Shown: positions 14,811 through 27,700 of the stretch, piece after piece | Numbering within the stretch: position 1 is the stretch's first letter | Layout of the letters: each line of letters opens with the position of its first letter | Assembly (NCBI GenBank): GCA_951406725.2 | Contig: OX597831.1 | Coordinates: forward strand, 8,928,001 to 8,992,000 | Length of the DNA: 64,000 bases | Direction of reading: 5' to 3' | From: Octopus vulgaris | Taxonomy: Eukaryota | The notes under the pieces: generated by a model | What the model saw: only the letters and a program-made list of their open reading frames with translations | Told to the model about the DNA's origin: nothing | Database searches by the model: none | Position numbers and translations under genes: made by a program

Positions 14811-14871
14811 GTGATGATGGTGGTAGTGGTGATGATGACGATGGTGGTGGTGGTGGTGGTGGTGGTGTTGA

Positions 14872-14903
<32 letters not shown>

Positions 14904-15175
14904 ATGATGATGTTGATGTTGATGTTGGCGATGATGATGATGATGATGATGGTGATGATGATAACGACGGCGATGATGGCGATAGATGTAATTGTTATGT
15001 TTAGCATAATGGTGTTTACAGAGAATTTCGTTAAGAAGGCTCAACGAGTAATTCTTATTCCTACTTTGGAATATGGTGGTGGTGGTGGTGGTGGTGGTGG
15101 GATCCTGGAAACAGAGGTGGCGGTGGAAATGTTGGTGTCGATGGAAGGCGTGGTGGTGGTGATAGTTGGGGGGCT
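13750..15175. repeat. 1.4-kb compound trinucleotide (GAT/GGT/GAC/GCT/GAA)n low-complexity tract
   Basis: Directly visible. It yields poly-D/M/H/I/T ORFs in several frames. Confidence 0.9.
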
Positions 15176-16794
15176 GAAGGCCATCGATTATTAATCGTGT
15201 CATTCACCCGAGTTGATTGTTATGTCAATTTGAAGAAGCAAGCCGACCACTTGGCATACAAGAAATACGACTTGACACTACACATTACTAATTATATTTA
15301 ATGACATTGCTAATTATCTTTGAAAAAGATTCCGATTCTTCGTATACGCCACTCGTTTTTAAGAAGCACCAGCTTAAAGACGTTGAGCATTCAGTGAGTC
15401 GGTTCCTTAGGAAAAGCGCAACCCACCGACGTCTCTCAAGCTTGGTGACACCAATTATTGCATTGAAATGTGTTAATTGTATTTGTAAGGAGACTGAAAA
15501 ACTGAAGAGACACAAGAGGCGGAGGTGAGGTGTGGTAACGAGAGAAATGAGGTGGGTTGGGCGCCGAACTAACAAATGCATTGCAGAAAATTTAGTTTAA
15601 TCCATCACATTTTAGAATTTGAAATCTCGTCGGAGCAGTTTTGTTTTCCGTCCATCGAAGGTTGCGCGCGCGTGTGTATCTGTGACTATTGTGTGTTTGA
15701 AACTATGTATTTTTTATATTATGTGTTTGTGTTTCTAGTATTATTTCTGTTTATACTTGTGCTTCTGTGTGTGTGTTTGTGTGTGTGTGTGCATACGTTT
15801 GCATGTGTGTATTTCTTAACTGCTTGTGTTTGTGTGTGTGTTTGTGTAATTTTGTTATGTTGCGCAAATGTGTGAAAGAACCAATTGAATAATTCCTAGT
15901 AACCCATCAATCGACTTTCTGACTATGCATAAACTTGTCCTCTAGAACGAGGTGGTATATAGTAATTTATCACAAACTGTTACCAACGAACTAATCAATC
16001 AGCCTAGAAGAACGTATAACATTAGCAAATATATCGAAGCGTTCACACGGGACGTACATTGATGCATTGTATAATATTTAACAGTATTAGAGAATAAGTC
16101 TTGTATATTAACAATATATTTATTCTTTCTTGCTGGAAAACTAAAAAGGATTCTTCTGTAAAACATTACATCTATTTCGAGTGAAGTCTGTAGTGAGGCC
16201 CTGGTCTTTAGGCATCCTCGACACAGAAAGATTGGCCTTCCGGCTGAGTGACAGAAGCCCACTAGCGTGTGCATAATTCATGGCTGTGCGAACCAGTATC
16301 TTTATCTAGCGGTTAAATATACTCTACCGTTCAATTGTAAGCTTGTTAGGGCAAAAAAAAAAAAGCAGATTAAAGTGAACCTCTACCCACAAAAGGCGAA
16401 GAGAATCTGCAGTCGTATCTGTCCAACAAAAATTATAAAATATCAGGATTGGGAATGAGAGTCGACAGTCAGCGACCATCGGCAGACATGCAACAGGGTG
16501 AGAGAGAAAGACGATATTACGTTTTGTTTTGTGTGAGTGAAACTATGTTTATTTGAGGAGGTCAAATTAGATCGAAACGTACCCCATGCCTTCAACATTT
16601 AGCTTAAAGTGAATAGTCTTTTCTAGACTTTAACTGTTATATTTTTTAAAAATTCATTTTAATATATTCAATAAGTGATATATTGCGTGTGTTTAAATGT
16701 CAATCACCTGCAGAGGGAGAATTATCTAATTATGCGAATAATGTCAAGTTATAAAAGATTCTCATGTATGTATGTATGTATGTATGTATGTAAG

Positions 16795-16997
16795 TCAGTG
16801 ACCAAAAGCATCTTGGCAGGAATTGTGCAGTGAAAAGGAGAAAAAGACCATTAAAGGGGTTTGTTGACTGGCGACATCAAAGAATGGATCGGAACAAGAG
16901 CCCGGTTGATTGCATGCGTCACAGCACAACACAGAGTGAAACTACGAGTCTTGGATGGCCGAAATATGGATGCGGAGAGCCTACCTGGATGATGATA
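16795..16997 (+). mobile_element. RTE-clade LINE 3' end
   Basis: Reads SVTKSILAGIV..KRRKRP..GDIKEWIG..TAQHR (cf. KxILQGKVEGKRRRGRP..WxDDIKEWTG) and ends in GATGATGAT. Confidence 0.65.
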
Positions 16998-17027
16998 TGT
17001 ACAGGCAAAATCATGTGTGAAAAACAG

Positions 17028-17056
<29 letters not shown>

Positions 17057-17061
<5 letters not shown>

Positions 17062-17265
17062 AATCCCAAAAAGAAGGACAAACAAACACAGAAAAACAAC
17101 AACGCAAGGACGTGGTACATGTAAAGTATTAGCAGACGCTCAAGGTAGGAAAGAAAGATGGTTTAACGTTTCGAGCAGACGCTCTCCTTCGGAAACAGAG
17201 GAAAGTACAATTAAAGGGAAGACGGAGGAAGAAAATCGACAACGATTCCCATTTGGTTACCTTTT
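17057..17265 (-). mobile_element. Short microsatellite-flanked Penelope-type element with a variant hammerhead motif (17161-17196)
   Basis: Homologous to 20950-21157. Minus strand reads GTTT-CCGAAGG-A-GAGC-GTCT-GCTC-GAAAC-GTT-AAAC. Confidence 0.6.
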
Positions 17266-18017
17266 TGTAATATATATTTTTTACAGGACACGTTTTGTTT
17301 TTGAAAATAAAGCTCCTATCATTCAACCACTACGGTAGTTGAATAATATTCTTAAGGCCGCTTTTTTTTTATAACACGAACCATCTTTCAGAGCTTGTCG
17401 CTAATTCAGTTCTTAACGAAATTGAAACATGTTAACGGTTTTGAAGCGGTCTGGTACCTAGCTACATTTGGGCATAAAAAATTGAGATTCGATACAGAAG
17501 AAAAAAGTTTATCTCAAAATTTGTAGCAACGTTATAGGAGAAGAAGTAAGTCGAGCAATCAAGTTTGGATGTAAATAACTTTTATATATTTTAAAAGCAA
17601 TATATATTTATTTTAGCTTCAATGATAGAAGGTAGCATGAAGAGTGTCATAGTTTTGGCCCCATGTTTCTCAAATTTGAGGGCGATAATATAGATTTATA
17701 AGAGGATTTATAATATATGTCACCGGCATCATTGAGGTGAGGAAAACATTATCAACGACACTGCTTATTGGAACATTTGACACGTTGTTAATTCGCATAA
17801 TAGCATAGCGTGGAAAAAACATGGATTACATGGAAAAATGCGAGCAAGAGAAATAATATTCTTAATGTTATAAACCTAGAAAATTACAGGACAAGTTATT
17901 ACACTTGGGAAAGTTCAGGACAACTCATTACATTTGCTAAAGTACAGAACCAGAAAATACTTACTAAGGCATAGTTCCATAATGCCTTTAAACTGTAATC
18001 AGCCCAGAATACGGACC

Positions 18018-18059
18018 GTGATCTGAAGAGACATGTATGGGTGGAAACACGAGTAGCAC
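18018..18059 (+). ncRNA. Candidate type-I hammerhead ribozyme relic
   Basis: GTGAT-CTGAAGA-GACATGTATGGGTG-GAAA-CACGAG-TA-GCAC. The core and the GUA triplet are intact, stem III is near-palindromic, and stem II is degraded. Confidence 0.45.
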
Positions 18060-18102
18060 TGCATAAAATGCTCATAAATCCCATCCAAGGATTATTTTTA
18101 TG

Positions 18103-18145
<43 letters not shown>

Positions 18146-18327
18146 TATATGGAAGTCTATAAGAATTACTCAATGCAGTTTTGAAGTGTAAATGTGATTT
18201 AAAAAAAAATTATTTTAAATACAGTGAAATCTTTTATTAACATATTGCTAACCTTTGGGGAAGAAGAGTTTTCTAGTGTGTGAGCGCTCTCGATTAACCT
18301 TTTCAAACACACACACACACACAATTT

Positions 18328-18374
<47 letters not shown>

Positions 18375-19095
18375 ATTATGCATACACCAACTTACACATG
18401 TTGTCACACACGTTTTGACAGTCCAATTCTGCATACAAACTTTTAGTCAACTGGAATCTGTGTAAAAGATATTTACTCGAAATGCCGCGAAGCAGAGTTG
18501 ACCTGGGAATCCCATCTTTGCAAAGTGAACTTGTTTGAAACACGCAGCTATATCTGCTGCACTTATTAATCTTAATACACATTCACTTCATTTATGCCGC
18601 GAAAACCTGCAGAAAAATAACAAAGAGAAGAAAATAAAATAAAAAATACTCTAATCGCCATAGATTTTGAAGATTTATTATGAATTCTGAGGGTGATATC
18701 AGGAAATGCGAACAGTGGTGCTACTACTAAATTTCAATTCCCACCTTTAACAGAATTGGAATTCAATGACGTGATAGTTTTTTTTTGCAAATAAATTTTC
18801 TGCTTTATCTTCGCTCATCTCTGCACTTGTACTGGGAACCCAAGAACCTAATCAAACAACAAGAGCAACCGAAAGGACAGAATCAAAACAGCTGCAAGAA
18901 TGTTAGACGGTTGCAGATTCAATGGAAATAAGGCAGCAGAAGAATTCGTTTTGTTTTTCTCTTTATTCTTTGACCTTTAGATAACGAGAATGCTATGATA
19001 ACAAATAGGTTTCCTATCCTTTCATCTGACACTGAATAATATCAGCTTTATTTCCAATGACCGAACGCTGCCTAAATACATAATATACCGTTATA

Positions 19096-19135
<40 letters not shown>

Positions 19136-19211
19136 TGTCATGTACATCATATATGTTTTATATATATATGTGTGTGCGTGTGTGTGTGTGTGTGTGTATA
19201 CATACATATAC

Positions 19212-19256
<45 letters not shown>

Positions 19257-19309
19257 CATATATATGTATATACATATGCACATACTTCCATACAGATATA
19301 TATATGTAC

Positions 19310-19385
<76 letters not shown>

Positions 19386-19898
19386 ATGTATGTGTGTGTG
19401 TATGTATGTCTGTATTGTTTGTACTTAGACATATTTCTAAATAAAGAAGTGTAGTATAGGAAAGAAAGAAAGAAAGGAAGAGAGTAAAAATCAATAATGT
19501 TATAAATGTCTACAGTTCAGAAAGGTACATAAAGCAGATCACTAACTCCAGATTCGATAGCCTTAAGTATATTAGAAAATAAATCATCCCTTGAATAGCG
19601 GTTCACTCTCTTTTGCTTTCTTCTTCTTCTTCTTCTTCTTCTTCTTCTTCTTCTTCTTCTTCTTCTTCTTCTTCTCCTCCTCCTCCTCCTCCTCCTCCTC
19701 CTCCTCCTCCTCCTTCTTCTTCTTCTTCATCATCTTCTTCTTCTCTCTCTCTTTCTGTCTCTCTCTTACTCTCTCTATTTCTCAGCTAGTACAGTTAAGG
19801 CCATCAGACTTACCGCAACCCCTAGGCTTTACTTAATCTCATTGATGACGTTTCTTGATGCAGTATGCGATACACACACACACACATACACACACAGG

Positions 19899-20000
<102 letters not shown>

Positions 20001-20392
20001 CCTATCCATCCATCCATCCATCCATCCATCCAACCATCCATTCATACATACATACATCCATCCATCCATACATTCATACATACATACATATATGTCTATA
20101 CTAATTCATAATTATATAGATATAATTACAGTAAAGGTTGCTGATAAACAACACCAACGTGCTTGATATAGACGCCAAATAGCTCTAGAAGACCACATCT
20201 TGCACTCCATTAGCACAGGTTGCAAGCGAGAAAATGAATAAAGAAGAATTTTTTAAAAAAAGGGTTAATTACAGATCGATTTCTAGCTTAGAGATATAAA
20301 ATGCCGTCTTCAGCATTATATACCCTTATAGTACATAATTGCAAATATGAATAATAAATATCCACATGTATTCACGAGTCAAACCTAATGTA

Positions 20393-20766
20393 TACTCTTT
20401 TACTCTTTACTCTTTACTCTTTTACTTGTTTCAGTCATTTGATTGCGGCCATGCTGGAGCACCACCTTTAGTCGAGCAAATTGATCCCGGGACTTATTCT
20501 TTGTAATAATAAACACACGGGGACATAAACACACTAGCATCGGTTGTCAAGCAATGCTAGGGGGACAAACACACACACACATATATTTATATATACATAT
20601 ATACGACAGGCTTCTTTCAGTTTCCGCCTACCAAATCCACTCACAAGGCTTTTGTCGGCCCGGGGCTATAGCAGAAAACACTTGCCCAAGATGCCACGCA
20701 GTGGGACTGAACCCGGAACCTTGTGGTTGGTTAGCAAGCTACTTACCACACAGCCACTCCTGCGCC
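20393..20766 (-). mobile_element. SINE family A with an internal deletion
   Basis: Matches the 11604 and 50846 copies. The head GGCGCAGGAGTGGCTGTGTGG ends at 20766. Confidence 0.92.
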
Positions 20767-20768
20767 TA

Positions 20769-20920
<152 letters not shown>

Positions 20921-20949
20921 CATTAGGTTTTACTCGTGTATACATGTCA

Positions 20950-21271
<322 letters not shown>

Positions 21272-21448
21272 TTAAGCAAAGTAGCAAGTTATAAAATCTC
21301 AGGAAGAGATAGAGCAGTAACGTACACTAGACAATAAGCGTGTTGCCACAACAAAATGACAGGTGAATGTTACTACTAGTTTAACCCCAGGCAGATTCTC
21401 CGCCAGCTGGTTCTCGATCCAACGTTCTAGAACGTGGCAACTAGCTTA

Positions 21449-21521
<73 letters not shown>

Positions 21522-21591
21522 ACGGTCAGTAGTTCATATATTCGAAAACCGATAAATAAGCATACTTGATTACATTTCAGTACCAACGATT

Positions 21592-21761
21592 AGAAGATTG
21601 TTTGTTATGACAGGTGAGAGAATGGCCATTGGTTTCGTACCTCTAAAGAGCTTATGAGCCCCGGTCCAATCCAGTCTGGTTTGTTGCCTATACAGCTAAG
21701 CGCGTTATAGGCGAGGAACTAATGCTCACACTCTCTGACCTACCATGACAAACAACCTTCT
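21592..21761. repeat. Imperfect inverted repeat (about 33-bp arms) enclosing a decayed hammerhead-like motif
   Basis: AGAAGATTGTTTGTTATGACAGGTGAGAGAATG versus the reverse complement of CACTCTCTGACCTACCATGACAAACAACCTTCT. Confidence 0.65.
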
Positions 21762-21772
21762 CTGTCTACACT

Positions 21773-21863
<91 letters not shown>

Positions 21864-21932
21864 TAATGATAATATATGATACAATGCATACGTCAAATAT
21901 GCTTGCATTAACAACAAGAATAACAATAATAT

Positions 21933-22003
<71 letters not shown>

Positions 22004-22051
22004 GCATCTATACAAACGCTGGCTGTTTTTCTATTTGATTAATGATTTTTC

Positions 22052-22135
<84 letters not shown>

Positions 22136-22730
22136 GTGATGTATAAACATCAGAAAATGTATCCAAAACATATTATTGGCTGAGTGCGCTAAATGATGCA
22201 ACGTAGAGCAGATGGCAAAGTCACTGAAATATTTCAGAAACCAGTGAAATAACAACTGAAGCTTTCTATGTGTTATACATTACTCTGGCGCCCGGAGCGT
22301 CGGGCTTTTGAAGGTTATCGATCTACGCATACACATCACATCGACTGCTGAGCGCTATGTGAACTCCTATAAATACTTAGTTGGGTTATCCTATTTATAC
22401 TCTTAACTAACTTGTACTTCGACAGTTGCGAATGGAGGGCTCAAGTTGACCCGATAAGTAGAACTGCCTGCTTGTGCAATTAAACGTTCAAGTGGATAAG
22501 CACCCCGCAGACTCGCGTACCCTTAAACGGGAAATTCAACGTGACGCAGAATGCATCCAGGCTCGCCTTTTTGAGCTACAGGTATTAATGAATTTCGCTA
22601 GCTGTGTCAACTGGGTCAGCGTGAAACAAAGTGTCTTCACATCTATGCTCTTATCTTTACCAAAACTTATTTCGTTTTTGGATTTGGTTTGCAAGATTCT
22701 TTACATGAGTCCGTGTGTTGAAGCATATTC

Positions 22731-22924
22731 TGTTGCGTCTGGGGAGAGTTATTTTCTTTTTGTGCCTTATTATATAACACACTCACCGGTAAAATTTCCA
22801 TTTTTTTCTTATTTTTATTGTCCTAAAATTTTCGTTGCATCTTGCAACCTTTTCAATAGTTTTTACCGGTGAATGTGTTAAATAATAAGGCACAAAAAGA
22901 AAATGACTCTCCCCAGACACAACA
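22731..22924. repeat. Inverted repeat (64-bp arms, 66-bp spacer); the spacer carries a U3-A8 hammerhead-like fold on the minus strand
   Basis: Arms 22731-22794 and 22861-22924 differ at 4 of 64 positions by manual alignment. Confidence 0.9.
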
Positions 22925-24593
22925 AAATTTATCAAAGCTGTTATATCACAATATCTGAGATTCGTCTTCGTGTTTTGAAAATACTTTTACTTTTCTAAAA
23001 CAGTAATCTGTTATCGAATGCTATTGTTTGTAAGCCAGACGAACTCAAATCACAAAATTCTACACTATTCCAACACCGAGCCAGATTTTCTCTTGTCTTC
23101 TTCTTGTGCTACTGCAGTGGTAACTATTTAGTACAAGTTCATGATTCTTTGTTAATTTTATGTCAATCTCAATTAATCGTGCTCGAGTGAACGCCTCTGC
23201 TTTTTGTCACCTGAATGTCTCTAATCCCACACGCTTTTCCTTTTCACGTTTTCCTGCCAACATGCAACAGTTGAAATCAATCGAACGTGTTGCACACAAC
23301 TTTGTATATATAACAACTGGCATTGTTCTTACAACTCCCTATAAAATCGTTAATGTCAAAATTTTTCCTATCGCCGTACGAAATCGCTTTTTAAAACGAA
23401 CACCTAACCCAAACTTTGATTGTATTATGCGATAACTAACTGCCTTTTCGATTCATGTCGATAGAAATTTCACCAACACAAAAACAGCTGAGAAGATAAC
23501 ATTGAAAAAAATATTTCGCCGTGAAATGTAATGTTTTTCTTACAAAACAACAACAGGTTTTCAATTGATCATTCTGTATATTCTTAGATCAACATCAAGA
23601 TAAAGTTTTTGCTTACACACTGTAGATAGCAGTGCAAATAGGGCATTTAAAAAAAAATCTGTAATAACCTTAAGAATAAAAATGTAAAGCTTTTCTTTAA
23701 ACAAACAACCGTAAACGAGCGAACTATTTCCACTCCCTGCATCAACTCAATACAATTTTCGTTTGATACACAACAGATAACAATGAAAACAAACTGTTTT
23801 ATTATTTTCTTCTACTGTTGTAAACAAGACAAGTGAAAGAAATGCTCATGCGACAGAAGATGACGGTTTTCAGTTGAGCGAACCCGCCACATCCACAGAT
23901 CGACATTTCAATATATTCTGCAAATTCTTTGTCATAACAATCACAAATCATATCTCAAGCCTATAAAAGTTAATTACTGACGCTAAATTTTCAAGTGCTT
24001 TCAGCATTAGTTATCTACCGAACTACAAAAGCTTTCAATAATCGAACTTACCATTCCCTTTAAGGAAAGCTCATTCTTACCGAGAGAATTGTGTTTGTTT
24101 TTAAAATCGAAAATTTCGAGCTGTGTTCAATAATTCGTCAACTGACAGCCAAGTAATTAATGAATAATCTTCTGTCCGTTACAGTAAATATGCACATATT
24201 TACATACATATACATACATATACACACGCGAGTGCATACACACACACACACATGGAGGCGGCGAACTAACTCGGTGTGTTTACATCCTTTCTGCCTACAG
24301 AATTTTTCTCCATGACAAAATACAGGGAATGGTATTCTAATGGATTCGAATGTTTCAAGCATATTTGAATTAGTAACAAGTTTGTATATATCTATCAGTA
24401 AGTAATAACTAAAGAAAATAGTCTAATACTAGGGCATATAAGCCCTCGACGGAAAAAAGTAGGGTTCTTCCAGGCGTACGAGAACACTACTTCTTTCCTC
24501 AGGCGATATGTAAACATTGTCTTCGTAAGTTCAAATCCTCTCTGTCGTACCTATATAATTTTTTCAATTATATATTTATTTATTTATTTACTA

Positions 24594-24723
24594 GGGCACT
24601 CCGTCGGTTACGACGCAGAGGTTTTCTGTTGATCCAATCAACGGAACAGCCTGCACGGGCAGTTAACGTGCAAGTGGCTGAGCATTCCACAGACAAGTGT
24701 ACCCTTAACGTAGTTCTCGAGGA
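24594..24723 (-). mobile_element. 3' part of SINE family D
   Basis: GGCACTCCGTCGGTTACGACG..TTAACGTGCAAGTGGCTGAGCA..CCCTTAACGTAGTTCTCG matches 32317-32445. Confidence 0.8.
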
Positions 24724-27700
24724 GAAAGTGAAAGCGAAATAAAGGTAATGTAGTGACTGAGTTGAAGGCTTCAGAATCGCATCATTATTACTAACGAAAA
24801 CGAATCATGGAAATGTTCTTCTCCTCGCAAGCGTCTCACAAAGATTCCATACACGAGGTGTCGAGGGTGTGACGAATTGATGTAGTTAGAATATCGAAGC
24901 AACCGTTAGATTATAACAGGTTCTATCTCTGTTTAAAGTTTAAAAGCAATCAACCAGCACAGAAAAATACGATCAGGTGAGTTGATAATAATATTTTGAT
25001 GATATATAACCAATAGAGACTGGAATGGATTTGGTCTTTACATTCTTCAACCAATATAGGTTTGATAAACAGGATCCTTAATCGAATCTATTTCACACAT
25101 ACAGACGTCATGTATTCATTAATGGCTGGTCGTTTACACATTTAATATAATAGATATCAGATATAGCAACACTTACGAAATGCAAAAAGTGTCACATAAT
25201 TTCAAATTCAAAATGCTAAAGTTACGCTGAAACAGGAAAACTAAATCAACTTTTTATATTGGGAATTCATTAATTCTCTCTGTCGAGACAATATCTATTA
25301 CTACCCGGATATTGAAACCTATTAAATGAACAGATCTATATTGAGCGTATCAAAGATTTCAGTAACCATTCAAATGTTAGATGTCGGAGCCGATATCCAA
25401 CTTTTATTGGAATGATATTAGGAAAGATGAAAGTCACTAGACTCTAATTTATATAATAGTAGTAGACCCGTCATAAGAAAACTGCCAGTGTGGCTGAATC
25501 ATACCTTTTTACTTTCTAATTTTGGAACAAAGGCAGCAGTTCAGAGGAGAGGGCAAAGGCGATTACATCGAGCTCAGCACTTGAACGGTACTTAATTTTA
25601 TCGATCCTGAAATAATAAAAAGCACGATTGATCACGGTGGAATTTGAACTCAAAACATTATGAACCGGAGGAAATGTCATTTACATTTTGACAGTCCTGC
25701 CTAACAATTCTGCCAGTTCGCTGTCTGAAGCTCTATCATATAATGAAAATTATTTTCTGTTCTGACTCTTCGCGTTCCGACCACAATACTTACACCAGAA
25801 GTTATTCCAAGCTGTGTGGGCACCATTTTCTCTTTGGAAATCGTCGGTGACCAAAGACGTAGGGGCCTGTATAAACGTGCAACTAGTAGTCTTTCATACA
25901 CACCGACACAAATGTCACTTGCTCGGGTGTGTACAATGGAGAGAAAATGTCATTGTGTAGAGACTCACATACGAGTTTAAGGCAGGCAAGAAACGCCATT
26001 TCGAATATCTCACATATCTAAAGCTATTTTGAGAATTCTCTTTATACTCTCGAACCCGATTAGATGATTATAATATTTAGTTTAATTTCATTGGAAATAT
26101 TTTTTTAACAGACAAGCATGATTAATTTCCCTCTAAATATCGTGTACGATATTACGCATTGAATTCAGGCAACGAACGCCATTGCGTACATCACAAAAGA
26201 ATGTTGTTTTTCGGAATTCTCTTTATCGTTTCGAATGTAATCCTTTCAAACATGAAGTAGTTGAGGATGCTATTTACTTTACTTTCTTTAAATGTTTATT
26301 TAAAAAGGTCGAAATGCATTTGCTACTGCACCAGACCGACCGATGCCCTCGGAGTGAATTTGGTAGACGGAGACCGTGCTGAACCCCATCATGTGTGTGT
26401 GCGTGTATGTGTGATTCATCACCGCTTGCCTCTTTACTTACCCGAAAATTAGCGATTCACCTAGAGCACCGATAGAACAAGTACCACATTTTAAAATATA
26501 AGTACTAGAGTCGATCTGTTCATCTGAAGTCCTTTAAGGTTGTGCCCCAGCATGGCCGCAGTCGAATGAGTGAAACAAGTAAAAGATAGGAGATAAAAGC
26601 TGATACATCCTACCGTGAAGATCAAACACGATATTACGCATCTCTTGCTAAAGTATCCGCAGCAGCACAAAACTAAACGAAGAAAAAGAGAAGCAAACGC
26701 GGAAATTTATGTATATGGATTCTGCTTGGTGATGACATTAAAACATCATGAGACCAATTCCATGAAATATTCTCGAAATGGCAGGTCTTTTTTCTAAAAG
26801 CCGACATTAGTATTGATTCAATTAACATTACTTGGAAATTCAACGCATTCTCCATGTTAGGCAGTTAGGAAATTTACATATGTTAGAGCACATTATGTTG
26901 TCAAAACGAATTACGGAACGAAGAAAACATCTTTGGTGAGTGGGAAGAGCAACATCATGAGTTGCAGGATTCAATTCACATGTAGAGCATAAATCATTTT
27001 ATCAAATTACGAACTCTTTAATTAGACGAAGATCAAATGATAGCAGGTCCATTCTTTTGAGAGAGAGAGAGAGAGAAAAAAAAAAGCATTCGGAATTGAT
27101 ATATATTTGTTAATGAAAGGCTTTTAAATATGCTTTCAAACCTGATTACAAGCATATGAGTGTGGTTAATAATTTTGTTTCAAGCTATGTAAATCCGAGT
27201 TCAATCCTTTTGCAGGGTAATCTGAATAAATGTCTTCCCTTAGAAGCAGGTATTAATCAATGTATTTGTTGTGGAAATTGGTTGAGGTTGACTGTGAATA
27301 AGTTTGTCTGTGTAAGTCATCCGTTGATATGTAGCAGTATGAAATCAGAGCGAAGAAATTCGCAGTATTCGTTCTGTACCGAGTTACAAATACTCCTTTG
27401 TTACCGTCGACATCGGAACTATGAACCAGCGATTGGCTCGTTCGATGGAAACCTGCAAACAACGAAGACTTATGTTTACAAATTATGGTATATAAAGAAA
27501 TGAATTGAATTGATCAGCCTATTTTCATTCATAATGTCATCGATTATGTTGATGGGTTTTTGTTATTGGTTAATACTAGATTACTAGGTTTGTTTCCGTA
27601 AGTTAAAACAAACGTTACACAAATTTATCGTTTCTTGGAGGAAGTCACGGAATTATTGCAAATCTTCATTTCTTCTATCTAATCGGAACACTAAATAATC

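Noticed and set aside
14616-15203. 195-aa poly-His ORF and overlapping poly-Met/Ile/Asp ORFs
   Set aside because: They are produced by (GAT/GGT)n repeats open in several frames on both strands, with no domain or codon signature.
20270-20320. Hammerhead-like CTGAAGA..GAAA-TCGA-TC on the minus strand
   Set aside because: Stem I does not pair and stem II is marginal. It is kept only as a weak member of the density finding.
21624-21660. Hammerhead-like remnant (minus CTCATAA-GCTCT..AGAG..GAAA-CCAATGG-CC)
   Set aside because: Several core positions are mutated, so it cannot be called a ribozyme from this copy.
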